Below are positions 27,201 to 40,500 of a DNA stretch of 64,000 bases, in pieces. Origin of the DNA: Hypanus sabinus (lineage: Eukaryota). The notes beneath the pieces were generated by a model. The model saw only the letters and a program-made list of their open reading frames with translations. It was not told the origin of the DNA and made no database searches. The first letter of the stretch is position 1. Every line of letters starts with the position of its first letter. The stretch covers positions 43,834,001 to 43,898,000 of the forward strand of contig NC_082721.1 of assembly GCF_030144855.1 (NCBI RefSeq), written 5' to 3'. The translations under genes and the position numbers were made by a program.

Positions 27201-30200
27201 TCAATTAAAATTAAATTTCAATTAAAATCGGATGTAGCCAAAAGGAAAATTTTGAAAATTCGTAGAAAGGATGGTACCTTGGCTCGGGAATATGAAGAAA
27301 TCAATAAGATTTTCCAAGACTTTTATACTAAGCTTTATAACTCTCAATCTTCTATAGATTCTTCTGAAATGAATACTTTTTTTTACCAAAAACAGTTTTC
27401 CCTAAAATTTCTGCTGAGGATTAAAAAAACTCTTGATGCTCAAATTACTGAATCTGAAATCCATAAAGTTATTTTTTCAATGCAATCTGGTAAGGGCCCA
27501 GGACTTGATGGTTATCCTGTAGAATTTTATAAAAGATTTGCAAAACTGTTTTCTCCATATATGTTGTAGATGTTTAAAGATTCTTTTGTGATAAGTGACT
27601 TACCCTCTACTTTCTATTTTCTTAATCCTCAAAAAGGATAAACATCCTGCTGATTGTGCCTCATACAGACCTATTCCATTACTGAATGTTGATGCTAAGA
27701 TTCTTTCAAAGATAATGGCCAATCGGTTGGATAGTTTTTATGGGTAAATTCATTTTTAACGATCAAACAAGCTTTATAAAGGGTCGTTATTATTTTTCAA
27801 ATTTTCAGAAATTATTCAACATTATATATTCACCTTCTTCTACAACTCCACAATGTGTTATATCTGTGGATGCTGAAAAAACATTTGATTGAGTCGAATA
27901 AAAATATATATTTAATGTTTTAGAAAAAATTGGTTTTGGTATTTATTTTAATAATTGGATTAAAATGATATATACAGCTCCTGTTGCTATGGTTGTCACC
28001 AAGAACTGAAGGTGCCCCCTTTTTCAGCTATCACGGGGGACAAGACAAGGTTGTCCATTAAGTGCTCTGTTATTTAACTTAATATTAGAACCCCTTGCTA
28101 TTGCTCTACGTGAAGCTAGAAATATACATGGGATTTTTATGAATGACACTATGCACAAGATCTCTCTTTATGCTGATTATTTATTGGTGTTAATATATCT
28201 AAGCCTAAAGAATCTATTCCTGCTTTGTTAAGGTTATTTGACAAATTTGGAGATTTTTCAGGATATAAAATAAATTTTAGTAATAGTAAATTACTTACTT
28301 TAAATGAATTTGACTCTATATATGATAATATTCCTTTCAAAGTTACAGATTCTTTTAGATATTTAGGTGTCAGAATTACAAAAAAAAAAATAAGGAGCTT
28401 TATAAAGCTAATTTTCCTCCTTTACTGGAGTCCATGAAGTAATCATTCAGTAGATGGAGCCCACTTACATCTTCACTTGTTGATCGTATTCATATAGTTT
28501 TAATGATGATTTTACTGAATTTTTTAATATTTATTTCAGAATATTCCTGTTTTTTTTGACTAAGAATTTTTTTTGATCAGATTGACTCTATTATCCTATC
28601 TTTTATTTGGGATTATAAAAGACCAAGGATCAGTAAAAAAAAAAATTACAAAAGTTGAAAAAGGACCGAGGTCTTGCTTTGCATAATCTAAGAATGTATT
28701 ATTGGGCTGTTAATTTGTGATATATGTCCTTTTGGTTATATTGGGGTGATAGGAATGAACCGGCCAATCTGGGTAGACCAGGAACAGAGCTGTGAAACAG
28801 TTTTAATTAAGTTTGTTATTAGGAGTTGCTCTACCTATACAATTAGCTAAAGTTGCTAATTTCAATTTATATCCTGTGGTTAAGCACTTTTTTACAAATT
28901 TGGCTCCAGTTCCGAATTTTTTTAATCTTAAAAAATTTAAACTTCGTAGTATAATTTATCGTAAATACTCTTATAAACCTTCCTGGAGTGATCCATTTTT
29001 TTTTCTTTGGAAAAATAAAGGTATTAAGTCTTTTTTGACTTATTTAAAGAAGGCAGATTGATGTCTTTTGAACAATTAGTCAATAAATATTCTCTTTCAT
29101 GTTCACACTTTTTACAATATCTTCAAGTTAGACATCTTTACAAAAATATTTAAGTAATTTTCCTTATACATCGAAGTCTGACTTGTTAGATACTATTATG
29201 AATATGAACCCCTTGATGAAAGGTTCTATTGGAAGAATTTATAATTTATTGTTACAAAGGAATAAGCATCATTTAATTAAGATTAAACAGGATTGGGAGA
29301 AAGAACTCAATTTGACTTTTATATGGGAGGATTAGACGAGGATTCTGAAGTTGGTTAACTCTTCTTGGTCTGTGCTAGTCATTCACTGATTCAATTCAAA
29401 ATTATACATCGTCTCCATTTGACAAAGGAGAGACTTTCTAAAATATTTCCCAATGTTGACAAGTATTATCATAGATGTAAAACTGAGATAGCTACACTGA
29501 CACAAATGTTCTGGTCATGTTCTATATTAAAAATGTTCTGGAAGTCAGTCTTTTCGACAATTTCTAAAGCACTTAAAATCAATTTACAACCTAATTAACT
29601 GACTGCTTTTTGGAATAATTCCTCAAAATATTCATGGTATTTCTTTGTCAGACCAACATGTTATTGTGTTTGTTACATTGATAGCTAGGAGGGCCATTTT
29701 GTTGAAGTGGAAGGATATATCTGCTTCTAATTTGTCACAATGGTTCTCTCAAGTGATGCTGTGTCTCAGTTTGGAGAAAATTAGAAGTCGAACCTTTGAA
29801 CCTTTATTTGATTTTGAAAGAGATGGGGTTCATTTGCTTGTTACTATTATTTCAGTTAACTGATAGATTTTCTCTATGATCTAAGTGTAAATTTTGATTT
29901 GATATATTTTTTCTTCCTGTTGGCGGTTTCATGTTTATCGTTAGAATCTTTCTATATGTTACGTGGCTCCAGGGTTGTGCCCTCAATGGTTTCTTTTTTT
30001 TTCCTCACTTTTCTTGCTTAGTAGAGTTTTTTTTTATTCACAAAAATTTTCAATCTTTACAATAATTTTTTGAGGCATTGTAAGTGTTGTTACTTCGATG
30101 TACCTGCATATTTTTGAATAATTAAAACAATAAACAGATTTGAAAAGAAGGAAAGAATTGCTGCTTTATCGAAGTGAGCCAAAGTTCTCTTGACTTTAAG

Positions 30201-32299
30201 TCATCACTGTTTACAGCACTCAACAAACAGTTTAGCAAACAGAACACTACATCCACTTCCTGCTCAGGAAAGGGAGGACGCTTAAATCCAAATTGACTTT
30301 TGAAAGGACACATGTTAGGTGAAGAATTATGAAATGTTGAAAGAGCTATCGCTTCTCAAGTTAAATGTTCACTTCCAGAGGACTGGTCTCCAGAAAGAAG
30401 GCAACAAATGGTGAATTCCAAGTCTTGGTTGGTCCTCTCAGTCTGACCATTTGTCTATGGATGAAAACTGTAAGAAAGGCTAGAAGTAGCTTGAATAAGG
30501 TTACAAAATGATTCTAAAACTTGAACATCTATTTCTCTCTTATTAGGGACAGAGCGAGCCGGTGGTTTGTCAAATTACCAGGTGAAGCAGTAGTCTTTAG
30601 GGGACTGAAGGTGTGTGTCTTTTGTCTTTCTTGCTGCCTGCTCAAGTGCTCAGTGGAGTGTGCTGATGACTTTTTGTTGGTGTGGTAGGGAGGGGAGTTG
30701 TTGCCTTGCTGTTGTATGTGCTAGAGTTTTTTGGTGTTTTAACAATTTTACTGTAATTCAATCTTTGGGGCACTCGTCTGTTTTCCTGGTTGTTTGTAAA
30801 GAAAAATAATTTCAAGATGTATATTGTATACATTTCTCTGACATTAGATGTAGCCACTGAACCTATTGAAGTGAATTGTGAACTCCGGTGAGACACAACA
30901 TCAGTAGGAAATCCAGGTACCCTGAATAGGCACTGCAAATTGCAATAAATGTCCGACATTTCACGGGCTATTGGCAACACAGTGAAGGGAAGAATTACAG
31001 GCCTTGCCAAGTGGATCAACAACAACTAAAATGACAGTACAGGAGCATGAAGCGGGGAAACCTGATAAAATGCAGAGAGAAATGGGACTGTGGATAGACA
31101 GAATGGTGTTGGAAAAAGAAGGCCCTGGTAGAGAAGAATTGGAATTATTGGAATGGGAACAAGTGCCAACGGGTTGGACAAATGTCCTAACATCCAGATT
31201 AACACCAGAACACTAATATTCTCTTTTTAATGAATTCCAGAGTATGTGAAAGACTAGAGTGAGCTATTATCCTGGGCACATTTGAACATATCCGCCCAAA
31301 GTTCAGGTGGCACAAAAAGATTACCAAGGGAAACATTGCTGGAAACTCGTTTACTGCTCTTGTGTGTGTTTCTAATTGGGAAAAGATATCCAAAAAGACA
31401 TGAGACAAACGTTTATTTTCTGAACGTATCAACTCCGGCCTATCTATTGAATTGGGGCTTGGGAGATTGTGGAGATCAAATTACCTATATAAGGCGTCAG
31501 GCTTTAGGTTCCTGGAATCCAGGCAATAAGAAATGACAGTATTAAAACGGCTAAAAGCAATGCATTCTAGTCATAAGCTCAAATCTTCTGAGCCGTACAT
31601 ACATCAAACAATGTTCAGCTCCATCAAACCAGTGCTGCCACTCTTCTGAGGTTAGTTTCACAGTCAACAACTCACAGCTATCTATATCATAATTGGATTG
31701 TGAAGGTGATAAACATTCTGGAAGGTAAGCACAGGGATATAATGTTTTATTATGTGTGGAAAGTTCGTGAAGCTGGAAGCCTAGTAATATCTATCTTCAT
31801 GGATATAGTAACAAAATGAAGAGAGAGTAACTTGATATGTTACTGATCAGACTGGAATGATGTGTGAGTGAGAACCCAGGTGCTGGTATGATGTCGGTCC
31901 TTCATCCATATTAATAACTTGCATTTGGGTTCAGACGCACACCTTTCAGATTTACAGCTGGCACAATAAATTTAGAGGCTGAGGACAATAGACTTTAACA
32001 CCAGAGAGGCTTGGTGTCCCATTACTACAAGCTGTCTATCTACTGAGTGACAAATCTACCACACTGAATCTATAGCAGATAGATTGTGATTGTACATGTG
32101 AGATGATTACCTCCAACTGAGAGGGTAACAAATTAAATCAATGATCCATATCATTGCTTCCTGTGAACATGCACAAAATGATCAGTACCCTCCTTTTTCA
32201 AAAGAAGTCTTATTGAAATAAACACACACTTCATGTCTTTATGAACTGGACATGCAAACAAACAAAAAAGTCTCTATATCCTCAGGCTGAATGTATACA

Positions 32300-33330
32300 G
32301 GGAAACAAACAATCAGCATTACTGGCTGCGAGCCTTCAGCCGAAGCTGCCAAAATTAGAAAAATTGGGTGGGAGTGATCAGCGGGAGGATAAGCTGGCAG
32401 CTGATAAGTGACACCAAGTGAGGTAGTAGTTTTGGTGAGGGGTGGTTGATAGGTGGATTGGGCAAAGGACTAATGAGGTAGGAAACTTATAGAAGGTGAC
32501 AGTGGATGAAAAATCAAAGGGCATGAGGTTGTAAATGCAGATAATAGTCATGAGAACAGAGGAGGAGTAGAGAAAGGGTGAAAGGGTAACCTGAAAGGGA
32601 AAGGAAAAAAGAGAAGGGGAGAAGAATCTCCTATACTATACAAAAAGTTAGAAGGTACTGCAAGTTAGAGCAACTTTTGTTCTTGTTTTGAGGTTCGAGG
32701 CTGACCAAATGGAATATGAGGTGCTGCACCTTTAAACTGAGTTTTGCCTTGTCATGGCTGCAGAGCAGTTGAATTGAAATCGTTGCTACAGCAAGAACCT
32801 GGCTTTCTCGGAGAGCAGAGAGAAGATGCCTGATGAAGCGGTCTCACCAATATAGAGAAGTCGGCACCGAGAGCAATACATGACCCAGACAGATTCGCAG
32901 TTGAAGCATTTCCTCATCTTGAAGGACGTTTTGAGGAACTGAACAGTGAGGATGGAGGAGTAGCATTTGTGACAGTGGCAGGGATAAGTATCAGGAGGAG
33001 GATTGGGGTGAAGGATGGGTGGACAAGAGAAAAATGTAGGGGCAATCTCTAGGAAAGCATTGCAATGTGTCTGGTGATGAGATATCAAATGAGTTGTCTG
33101 ATTTGAAAAAAATTATATGCTGGATGCAGAGTCCAAATAGAAAGAATGACCTATCCCTGTTACAATGGGGATAAGATTTACTATGAGCAGATGTGTGTAA
33201 ACTGCGGGTGAGGGCAGCATCAATGATAAAGGAAAGCCCCTTTTTTATAAATAAATGCGGACAGCTCGCAAATCCTATGTTCTAGAATGGAAAGTCTGGG
33301 AACAGGTGTGGCATGAATGTAAGAACTGGG
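32300..33330 (-). mobile_element. Penelope-like element 3' remnant (GIY-YIG plus terminal repeat)
   Basis: ORF 32786-33088 contains FNCESVWVMYCSRCRLLYIGET. Confidence 0.7.
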
Positions 33331-34408
33331 GAAAAGTACTTTTACATGTATAAGAATTGAAAAAGGAGCTAAGTTGTTGTGGCCATTACAGACACTTGGA
33401 TTTTGCAGGGGTAGGAATGGCTACTTCAAGTGTTAGGATTTAGATCTTTCAGAAACGCCAGCGAAGGAGGGAAAAGAGGTGGAGGCGTGGCCCTGTTGAT
33501 CGGAGTTAACATCACGGCTGCAGAAAAGAAGGAGGTCATGTTGGGGTTGCCTATAGAGCCTCTATGGGTGGAGGTTATGAATAGGAAGGGGTCAATAACT
33601 CTGCTGGTATTTTTATACATGACCTAACTGTAACAGGGATATTGACGAGTAGATTGATAGACAGAATCTGCAGTGGTGTAATAATATCAGGGTTGCTGTG
33701 GTGGGAGATTTCAATTTCCGAAATATTGATTGGCATTTCCCTAAAGTGAGGTGTTTAGATGGGGTGGAGTTTATTAGGTTTGCTAAGGAAGGTTTCTTGA
33801 CACAATATGTAGATAGGCCTACAAGAGGAGAGGCTGTACTTGATCTAGTATTGGGAAATGAACCTGGCCAGGTGTCAGGTTTCTCAGTGGGAGAAAATTT
33901 TGGAGATAGTGATCAAAATTCTGTCTCTTTTACCATAGTATTGGAGATGGATAGGAACAGACAAGTTAGGGAAATGTTCAATTGGAATAAGGGGAAATAT
34001 GAAGCTATCAGGCAGGAACTTGGAAGCATAAATTGGAAACAGATGTTCGCAGGGAAACCTACAGAAGAAATGTGGCAAATGCTCAGTGGATATTTGTGTG
34101 GGGTTCTGCATATGTACATTCCAATGAGACAGAGAAAGGATGGTAAGATAAAGGAACCATGGAGTATAAAGGCTGTTGTAAAACAAGTCAAGAAGAAATA
34201 AGAGCTTACAAAAGTTTCACAAAACTAGGTCATTATAGATCTGGTAGATTATATGGCTAGCAGGAAGGAGCTGAAGAGTGAAAATTAGGGGAGCCAGAAG
34301 GGGCCACGAGAAGGCCCTGATGGACAGAATTAAAGAAAACCCCAAGGTGTTCTACAAGTATGTGAACAGCAAGAGGATGAGACATGACAGAATAGGACCA
34401 ATCAAGTG

Positions 34409-34804
34409 ACCAATCAATCTATCAAGACTTGATAGAGGTATTTAAAATTATGAGGGGCATAAATAGAGTTGATGTTGATAGGCTTTCTTCCATTGAGAGT
34501 ATGGGAGATTCAAACAAGAGGACATGAGTTGAGAGTACTGGGGCAAATTTTAGGGGTAACATGAGGGGGAATTTCTTTACTCAGACAGTAGCTGTGTGGA
34601 ACGAGCTTCCAGTAGAAGTGGTAGAGGCAGGTTCGATATTGTTATTTAAAGTAAAATTGGACAGGTATATGGACAGGAAAGGAATGAAGGCTATCGACTG
34701 AATGCAGGTCGGTGGGACTAGGTGAGAGTAAGCGTTCGGCATGGACTAGAAGGGCTGAGATGGCCTGTTTCTGTGCTGTAATTCTTATATGACTATATGA
34801 TTAT
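34409..34804 (+). mobile_element. Short CR1 3'-end copy nested in a CR1
   Basis: CR1 3' sequence (gacttgatagaggtattt...gcctgtttctgtgctgtaa) with a tatatga tail. It splits the host motif between aagtg (34404-34408) and aagtg (34805-34809). Confidence 0.75.
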
Positions 34805-36088
34805 AAGTGCAACAGTGGAAAAATGTGCCTGGAACCGGAGCAGGTAAAAGAGGTACTTAATGAATACTTCTCTTCAGTATTCACTATGGAAAAGATTCTG
34901 GGTGATTGTAGGGTTGACGTACAGTGGAATGAAAAGCTTGAGCATGTAGATGTTAAGGAAGAGGATGTGCTGGACCTTTTGGAAAGTATCAAGTTGGATA
35001 AGTCACCAGGACTGGCTGGGATGCACCCCAGACTAATGTGGGAAGAGAGGAAGGAAATTGTTGAGCCTTTGGCAATGATCTTTGCATCATCAGCGAGGAA
35101 GGGAGAAGTTCCAGAGAATTGGAGGGTTGCGTATGTTGTTCCCATATTCAAGAAAGGGAGTAAAGATAGCACTGGAAATTATACAGCAGTGAGTCTTACT
35201 TCAGTAAGAGGTTATGTTGATGGAGAAAATGCTAAGAGGCAGGATTTATGAACATTTGGAGAGGCATAATAAGATTAGGAATAGGCAGCATGGCTTTGTG
35301 AGAGGCAGGTCATGCCTTACGGGACTGATTGTGTTTTTTGAGCATGTGACAGAACACATCAATAATGGTAGAGCCATAAATGTAGTGTATATGGATTTCA
35401 GCAAGGCATTTGATAAGGTTCCCCATGCAAGGATTATTGAGAAAGTAATGAGGCATGGGATCCAAAGGGACATTGCTTTGTGGATCCAAAACTGGGTTGC
35501 CCACAGAAGGCAAAGTCTCATTGTAGACGAATCATGTTCTGCATGGAGGTTGGTGACCAGTGGTGTGCCTCAGGGATATGTTCTGGGACACTGTACACTT
35601 GCCGATGACACAAAAGTTGTGGGTGTTATGGATAGTGTGGAGGGCATTAATGGCAAGACTCTTGGCAGTGTGGAGGGTTAGAGTGATCATGGGGTCTGAG
35701 TGCATAGGACACTCAAAGCTGCTACGCAAGTTGACTCTGAGGTTAAAAAGGCATACAGTACATTAGCCATCATCAATCTGGGGATTGAGTTAAGAGAGTT
35801 TTTAGGACCCTGGTCAGACCCCACTTGGAGTACTGTGCTCAATTCTGGTCATTCTGGACAGGTAGGATGTGCAGACCATAGAAAGGGTGCAGAGGAGATT
35901 AACAAAGGTGTTCCCTGGATTGGGGAGCATGCCTTTTGAAGACAGGATGAGTGAACTCAGCCTTTTCTGCATGGAGTGACAGATGTTGAGAGGTGACCCT
36001 GATAGATAAAGAGAGACATTGATCGTGTGGATAGTCAGAAGCTTTTTGCAAAGTCTGAAATGGCTAGGACAAGGGGGCAATGTTTTAA

Positions 36089-36506
36089 CCCTTATGTACT
36101 GTTTATAAAATGTACCTTCACAGTATGGTCCATGTCAATTTTGACCCAGCCCCTGAATACCCTCCTAAATACCAAATTTTGAACCACAGATCTATTTAGA
36201 ATGTATAAATAAATGGCTGACATAAATCTGACATTAATAAATGGGTGATAAATCCTTAATAAATATTTCAGAGATCTATAATTCATTTCAATAGATGAGG
36301 GTCAAATTTGACCCAGAGCAGCCTCAATGTACAAAAATTTGTAGCACATGTACAAATGTATAAAATTTTATTTTATTTTTTTTATTTTTGCACATTTTGG
36401 ATCACTTTAAGAAAAGTCATCAAATTTCAGCTAAACTGGCACTAAGGGTGTTTTTACTGCTGTCAAATGTCAAAACGGGTCAATTTGACCCCAAAAGTAT
36501 GTATGG
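36089..36506. mobile_element. piggyBac-like MITE
   Basis: Follows TTAA (36085-36088) and starts CCCTTATGTACT. The right end aagtatgtatgg|tttta is a degenerate TIR. Contains GGGTCAAATTTGACCC-type palindromes. The host CR1 reads through if the insert is removed. Confidence 0.6.
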
Positions 36507-37599
36507 TTTTAGGTGCTTGGAAGTAGGTATAGCGGAGATATCAGGGGTGAGTTTTTTACGCAGAGAGTGGTGAGTGAAAGGAATAGGCTGCCGGTGGTGG
36601 TGGTGGAGCCGGAAATGATAGGTCATTCAAGAGACGCCTGGATGGATACATGGAGCTTAGAAAAATAGAGTGCTATGGGTAAACCAAGGTAGTTCTAAAG
36701 AAAGGACATGTACAGCACAGCTTTGTGGGCCGAATGGCCTGTATTGTGCTGCAGTTTTTCTATATCCCTATATTACAAACATGCAACATACTTGCCCTTC
36801 CCTTCCCTCCTCACCACATTTAATTAGTGTGTTCCCTATTCCATTCCTGTCCTGATGAATGGAGCACCCCGACAGATCGACTGTTCATTCATTTCCATCT
36901 CCATGCTGTCTGGCCTGATGGAGTTGCTCCAGCTTTTGCGTGTATGCACTAAATAAACAAACTCCTGCGTTAGGTTTTGCCATCCTGAACATATTGACTT
37001 TAGGGGACACAGAAGTTGTTACAGAGGGAAGCGAGGTCATTATGAAACCCTACATGCTCAAAATGACGTGGGTGGTCATCTAGGTCTCCACTAACAAAAC
37101 GGCAACTGTCAGTTGCAAAGCAAAAGTGATACAATGCAGAACCAACAACTGAGGACTCGCAGGATGTCAGCATGCTCCATGCCCATGGATGGACGCACAG
37201 AGAGTATCAAACCTCCAGTCTCGGTGTCAACCTCCTTCATCCCCAACATCCCACCGTCACCACTGATTACATGGGCATAGCCAGTTTAAGGAGAAAAAAA
37301 ACACGACTGGTTTACGGAACTTTCCGTCCCCTTACACCCTGGGAAAGCCGACGTACAGGTTTGGAAACTTAGCTAAGACTCCTGAGGGAAAGAGCACTGA
37401 CCCTTTATTCTGAGTCAGTATTTCAAGTAGTAGCCCATCTTGGAAGATCCTTCCTCTCCCTGGGAATAGGGTCTTTGGAGCTTCTGTAGATATTTCTACT
37501 GCTCCGTTTATCTTCCGGAATGTGATTGCTAATCCCATGACCAATCCTCCTTAATTCCCAGCCCAGTATGGGACCCTCCAGGCGGATTACCGGAGTAGA

Positions 37600-40500
37600 A
37601 TGTTGGTGCATTTAACCCGGCTGCAGGAACATCTTTCCAGGAACAGCTCAAAAAGCAAAGCTTTCCTGAGAAACCAGCTGCCCATATTAGAAAAGTGAAT
37701 AGCCTGTCTATAATGGCAGATTGATTCATCAGAATCACTCCACGGCATCTAGGATTGAAATATTTGCACAATATGGTTGACGCGAATATGATCAAAATTC
37801 GGAAAGAAATAAAGGAGTTTCAGAAAGAATTAAAGCAGCAGCTCGGTGATATTAAGTCAGAGCTCGCCAGCGTCGATCAAAAAATAGCAGTAGCATAGAC
37901 TCAAATTGAGAAAGTGGAAGATCACGTTCAAAGCATGGAACGAATACTGAGTAAGACAATAAAAATATGAAATCACCAAGAAAGTAAACTGCTTGACCTG
38001 GAGGGAAGATCACGGCCAAAAAATATCAGAATCTAAACGTTCCCGAAGGAGCGGAGGGATCGTCTATGATGAAGTTTGTCGGAAAGTTACTGCGGGACGC
38101 GCTGGATTTTCCCTCGGCTATGGAGCTGGAAATCGAGAGGACGCATCGTGCGTTAGTCCCAATGTCTACCCAAGATAAGCCACGCTCAATAATAATTAAA
38201 TTCCTTCGGTACAGCACCAAGGCAGATATTCTACGAAGGGCCTGGGGTATGAAGAGAGTGCTTTTAGACGATAAATTAATGTATTTCGACCAAGATTACC
38301 ATTCCGCGGCTCTGCAGAAATGCAAAGAAGACTCTGAAGTAAAGCGAGTACTAAAGCAACAAAAGATTAGATTTCAAACTCCGTACTCTGCTAAACTTCG
38401 AGTGTTTTATGATGACAGGACGCGGTTGTACCAGACAGTGGAAGAGGCGACTACCTACATGAAGGCCAGAGGATTGCCCGTCAGCATCCCCAAACCGAGG
38501 GAAAGCCTGGCTGAGGAAGTATCCGCTCTGCTTGGGAAATAGTGCGAAAATCGAGAAGGCAGGAGACGGGAGGAGGCTGAGAGGAGTATATCAGGAAGAG
38601 ACCGAGAGTTTCCCAAAGACATTCCTCACCCCTTTCAGAAAGGAAATCTTTTCTGTGTAATGGATTTGTTCACTGACTTTTATGAATACTGCAATGGGGG
38701 CCCTCAAATCACAAGTAGGAGGGGTTATACCCCACAGCTGGACATTTCTTCTAGCTCAGCCCAGGGTCATCTACTAGAGACCTCAGCCTTGGAATCACAC
38801 GTTTGTTGCCATTTTTGTTATTATTTGCGTTTCTTGGTATTTATTTGTTCAGGGAGTAGATCGATTAAGTTTTATCCTAATTTCAATGATACATTGACAG
38901 ATAAATACAGATGGCTAAGGACAAGGAAAATTCATTTCTTTTAAAGTCAATGTGCTATTAGATACAACCATATATAAGAGAATTTTATCCAAAATGAAAA
39001 AAGAACAAACCCATGTAGTATATTTACAGAAAACTCATGTACGTAATAATGAGCATAAAAAAACTAAAGAGAATAAAAATAAATCAGGACATAGGAGAGG
39101 AGTTGCTATTCTTATCTCAAGTAGGCTAAATTTTGCAGAAGTATTCGAAATGGGAGATAAAGAAGGCAAATATATTCTGGTAAGGGGGAATATAGATGGA
39201 AATTCAGTTACTCTATTGAATATATACGCACCCCTGGGAAGTGATATCCGTTTCTTTCAGAAAATTACTGATATTATGGTAACGGAAACAGAAAGTCTCC
39301 CAATATATGGTGGAGACTTAAATTTACAATTACAACAAAACTTACTCTTCCAGTAGAAAAACCTATGAAACAAAATCTTTACATAAGAAAGTTAATACAT
39401 TTTTTGAGGATGTTGGTTTAATCGATATATGGAGGGACCTTTTCACTGACGAAAGGAATTACACTCATTATCCTGCTCCCCATTCTGTATATACAGGTAT
39501 AGACTATTTCATAACATTTAGAAAAGACAAGGGCAAAATAAACACCTGTGGAATTGGGACAATAGATGTAAGTGACCATGCACCTATATATTTATCTGTT
39601 GATTTTGACCTACAATCAAAGAATACTATTTGGAAACTAAATTCAAGTCTAATCAATGATCTGTACTTAAGGACCAAATTAAAAAAAGAAGTTGGACTCT
39701 ACTTAGAATTTAATGACAATTAAATTATCACCTCCCATTTTATGGGATACTCTGAAGGCAATCTTAAGGGAGAAAATTATAGCTAAAAAAAAGTAATAAA
39801 GCATTAGAGGAATTACAAAATAGGCTGAACAGAGAAAAAACACAAATTGAATTTGGCACAGGATACATTAGGGGAAATTAAAAGAACTAGGTATGAAATT
39901 AATAGTTTAGCTACGCAAGAAATCAGGAAAATTTAATGTTACTGAAACAGAGACATTATGAAAGTGGATCGAAATCTATGAAAATACTGGCGTGGAAACT
40001 GAAAAAAAAAGGTAGCAGAAAATACAATTCATAGAATTAGGGACCCAAAAACGAAAATGATAAAAAAAAAACAATAAGCTAAGTGAAATTCAAGAAGCTT
40101 TTGAAGTGTTTTACAAAACACTATATTCCAAAGTTCCAGGGGGAAGAATAACCCAAACTGACACCATCTTGAATTCTCTAGAGTTACTCACTTTAAGCAA
40201 AGAGCTAAACAGAACGATGGCTGCTGACATAAGTGAGGTTGAATTAAAAGCTGCAATCAGTCAGCTTAAATTAAGCAAGTCACCTGGATAAAATGGATAT
40301 ACAACAGAGTGGTACAAAGAGTTAATTCCTGTTATACTCCCCACACTGAACTGGGATCTAAAAAAAGGCACAAATGCCACCCAGTTGGAAGGAAGCAATA
40401 ATCACAGCTATACCGAAAGAAGGTAAGGATAAAATGGAATGCGGGACATTTAGACCAATATCCACTCTTAATGTAGTTTATAGATTATTTACCTCCATTA

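Larger units (their letters stand above)
23050..30155 (+). mobile_element. Decayed L1 ORF2 region, interrupted by a CR1 and an LTR-like insert
   Basis: LIELWRKLNP (APE); DTFKAFLRGQIM resumes after 25940; GDKYNKLLAF and IRRKDG flank the LTR-like insert; SGKGPGLDGYPVEFYK; GTRQGCPLS-encoding DNA at ~28035; CASHSLIQFKIIHRL...MFWSC; A-rich end at ~30130-30155. Confidence 0.88.
33400..36770 (+). mobile_element. Decayed CR1 LINE carrying two nested insertions
   Basis: GGKRGGGVALLI, VGDFNFRNIDW...PTRGEAVLDLVLGN, KSPGLAGMHPR and DFSKAFDKVPH. The 3' end resumes after 36511. Confidence 0.9.

Noticed and set aside
31484-31652. TATATAAGG box, 38-aa ORF and downstream GTTAGT donor
   Set aside because: Short motifs expected by chance, and the peptide is unrecognisable.
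37330-37600. Short minus-strand ORFs 5' of the third L1
   Set aside because: No recognisable domain; probably L1 5' sequence or another repeat.
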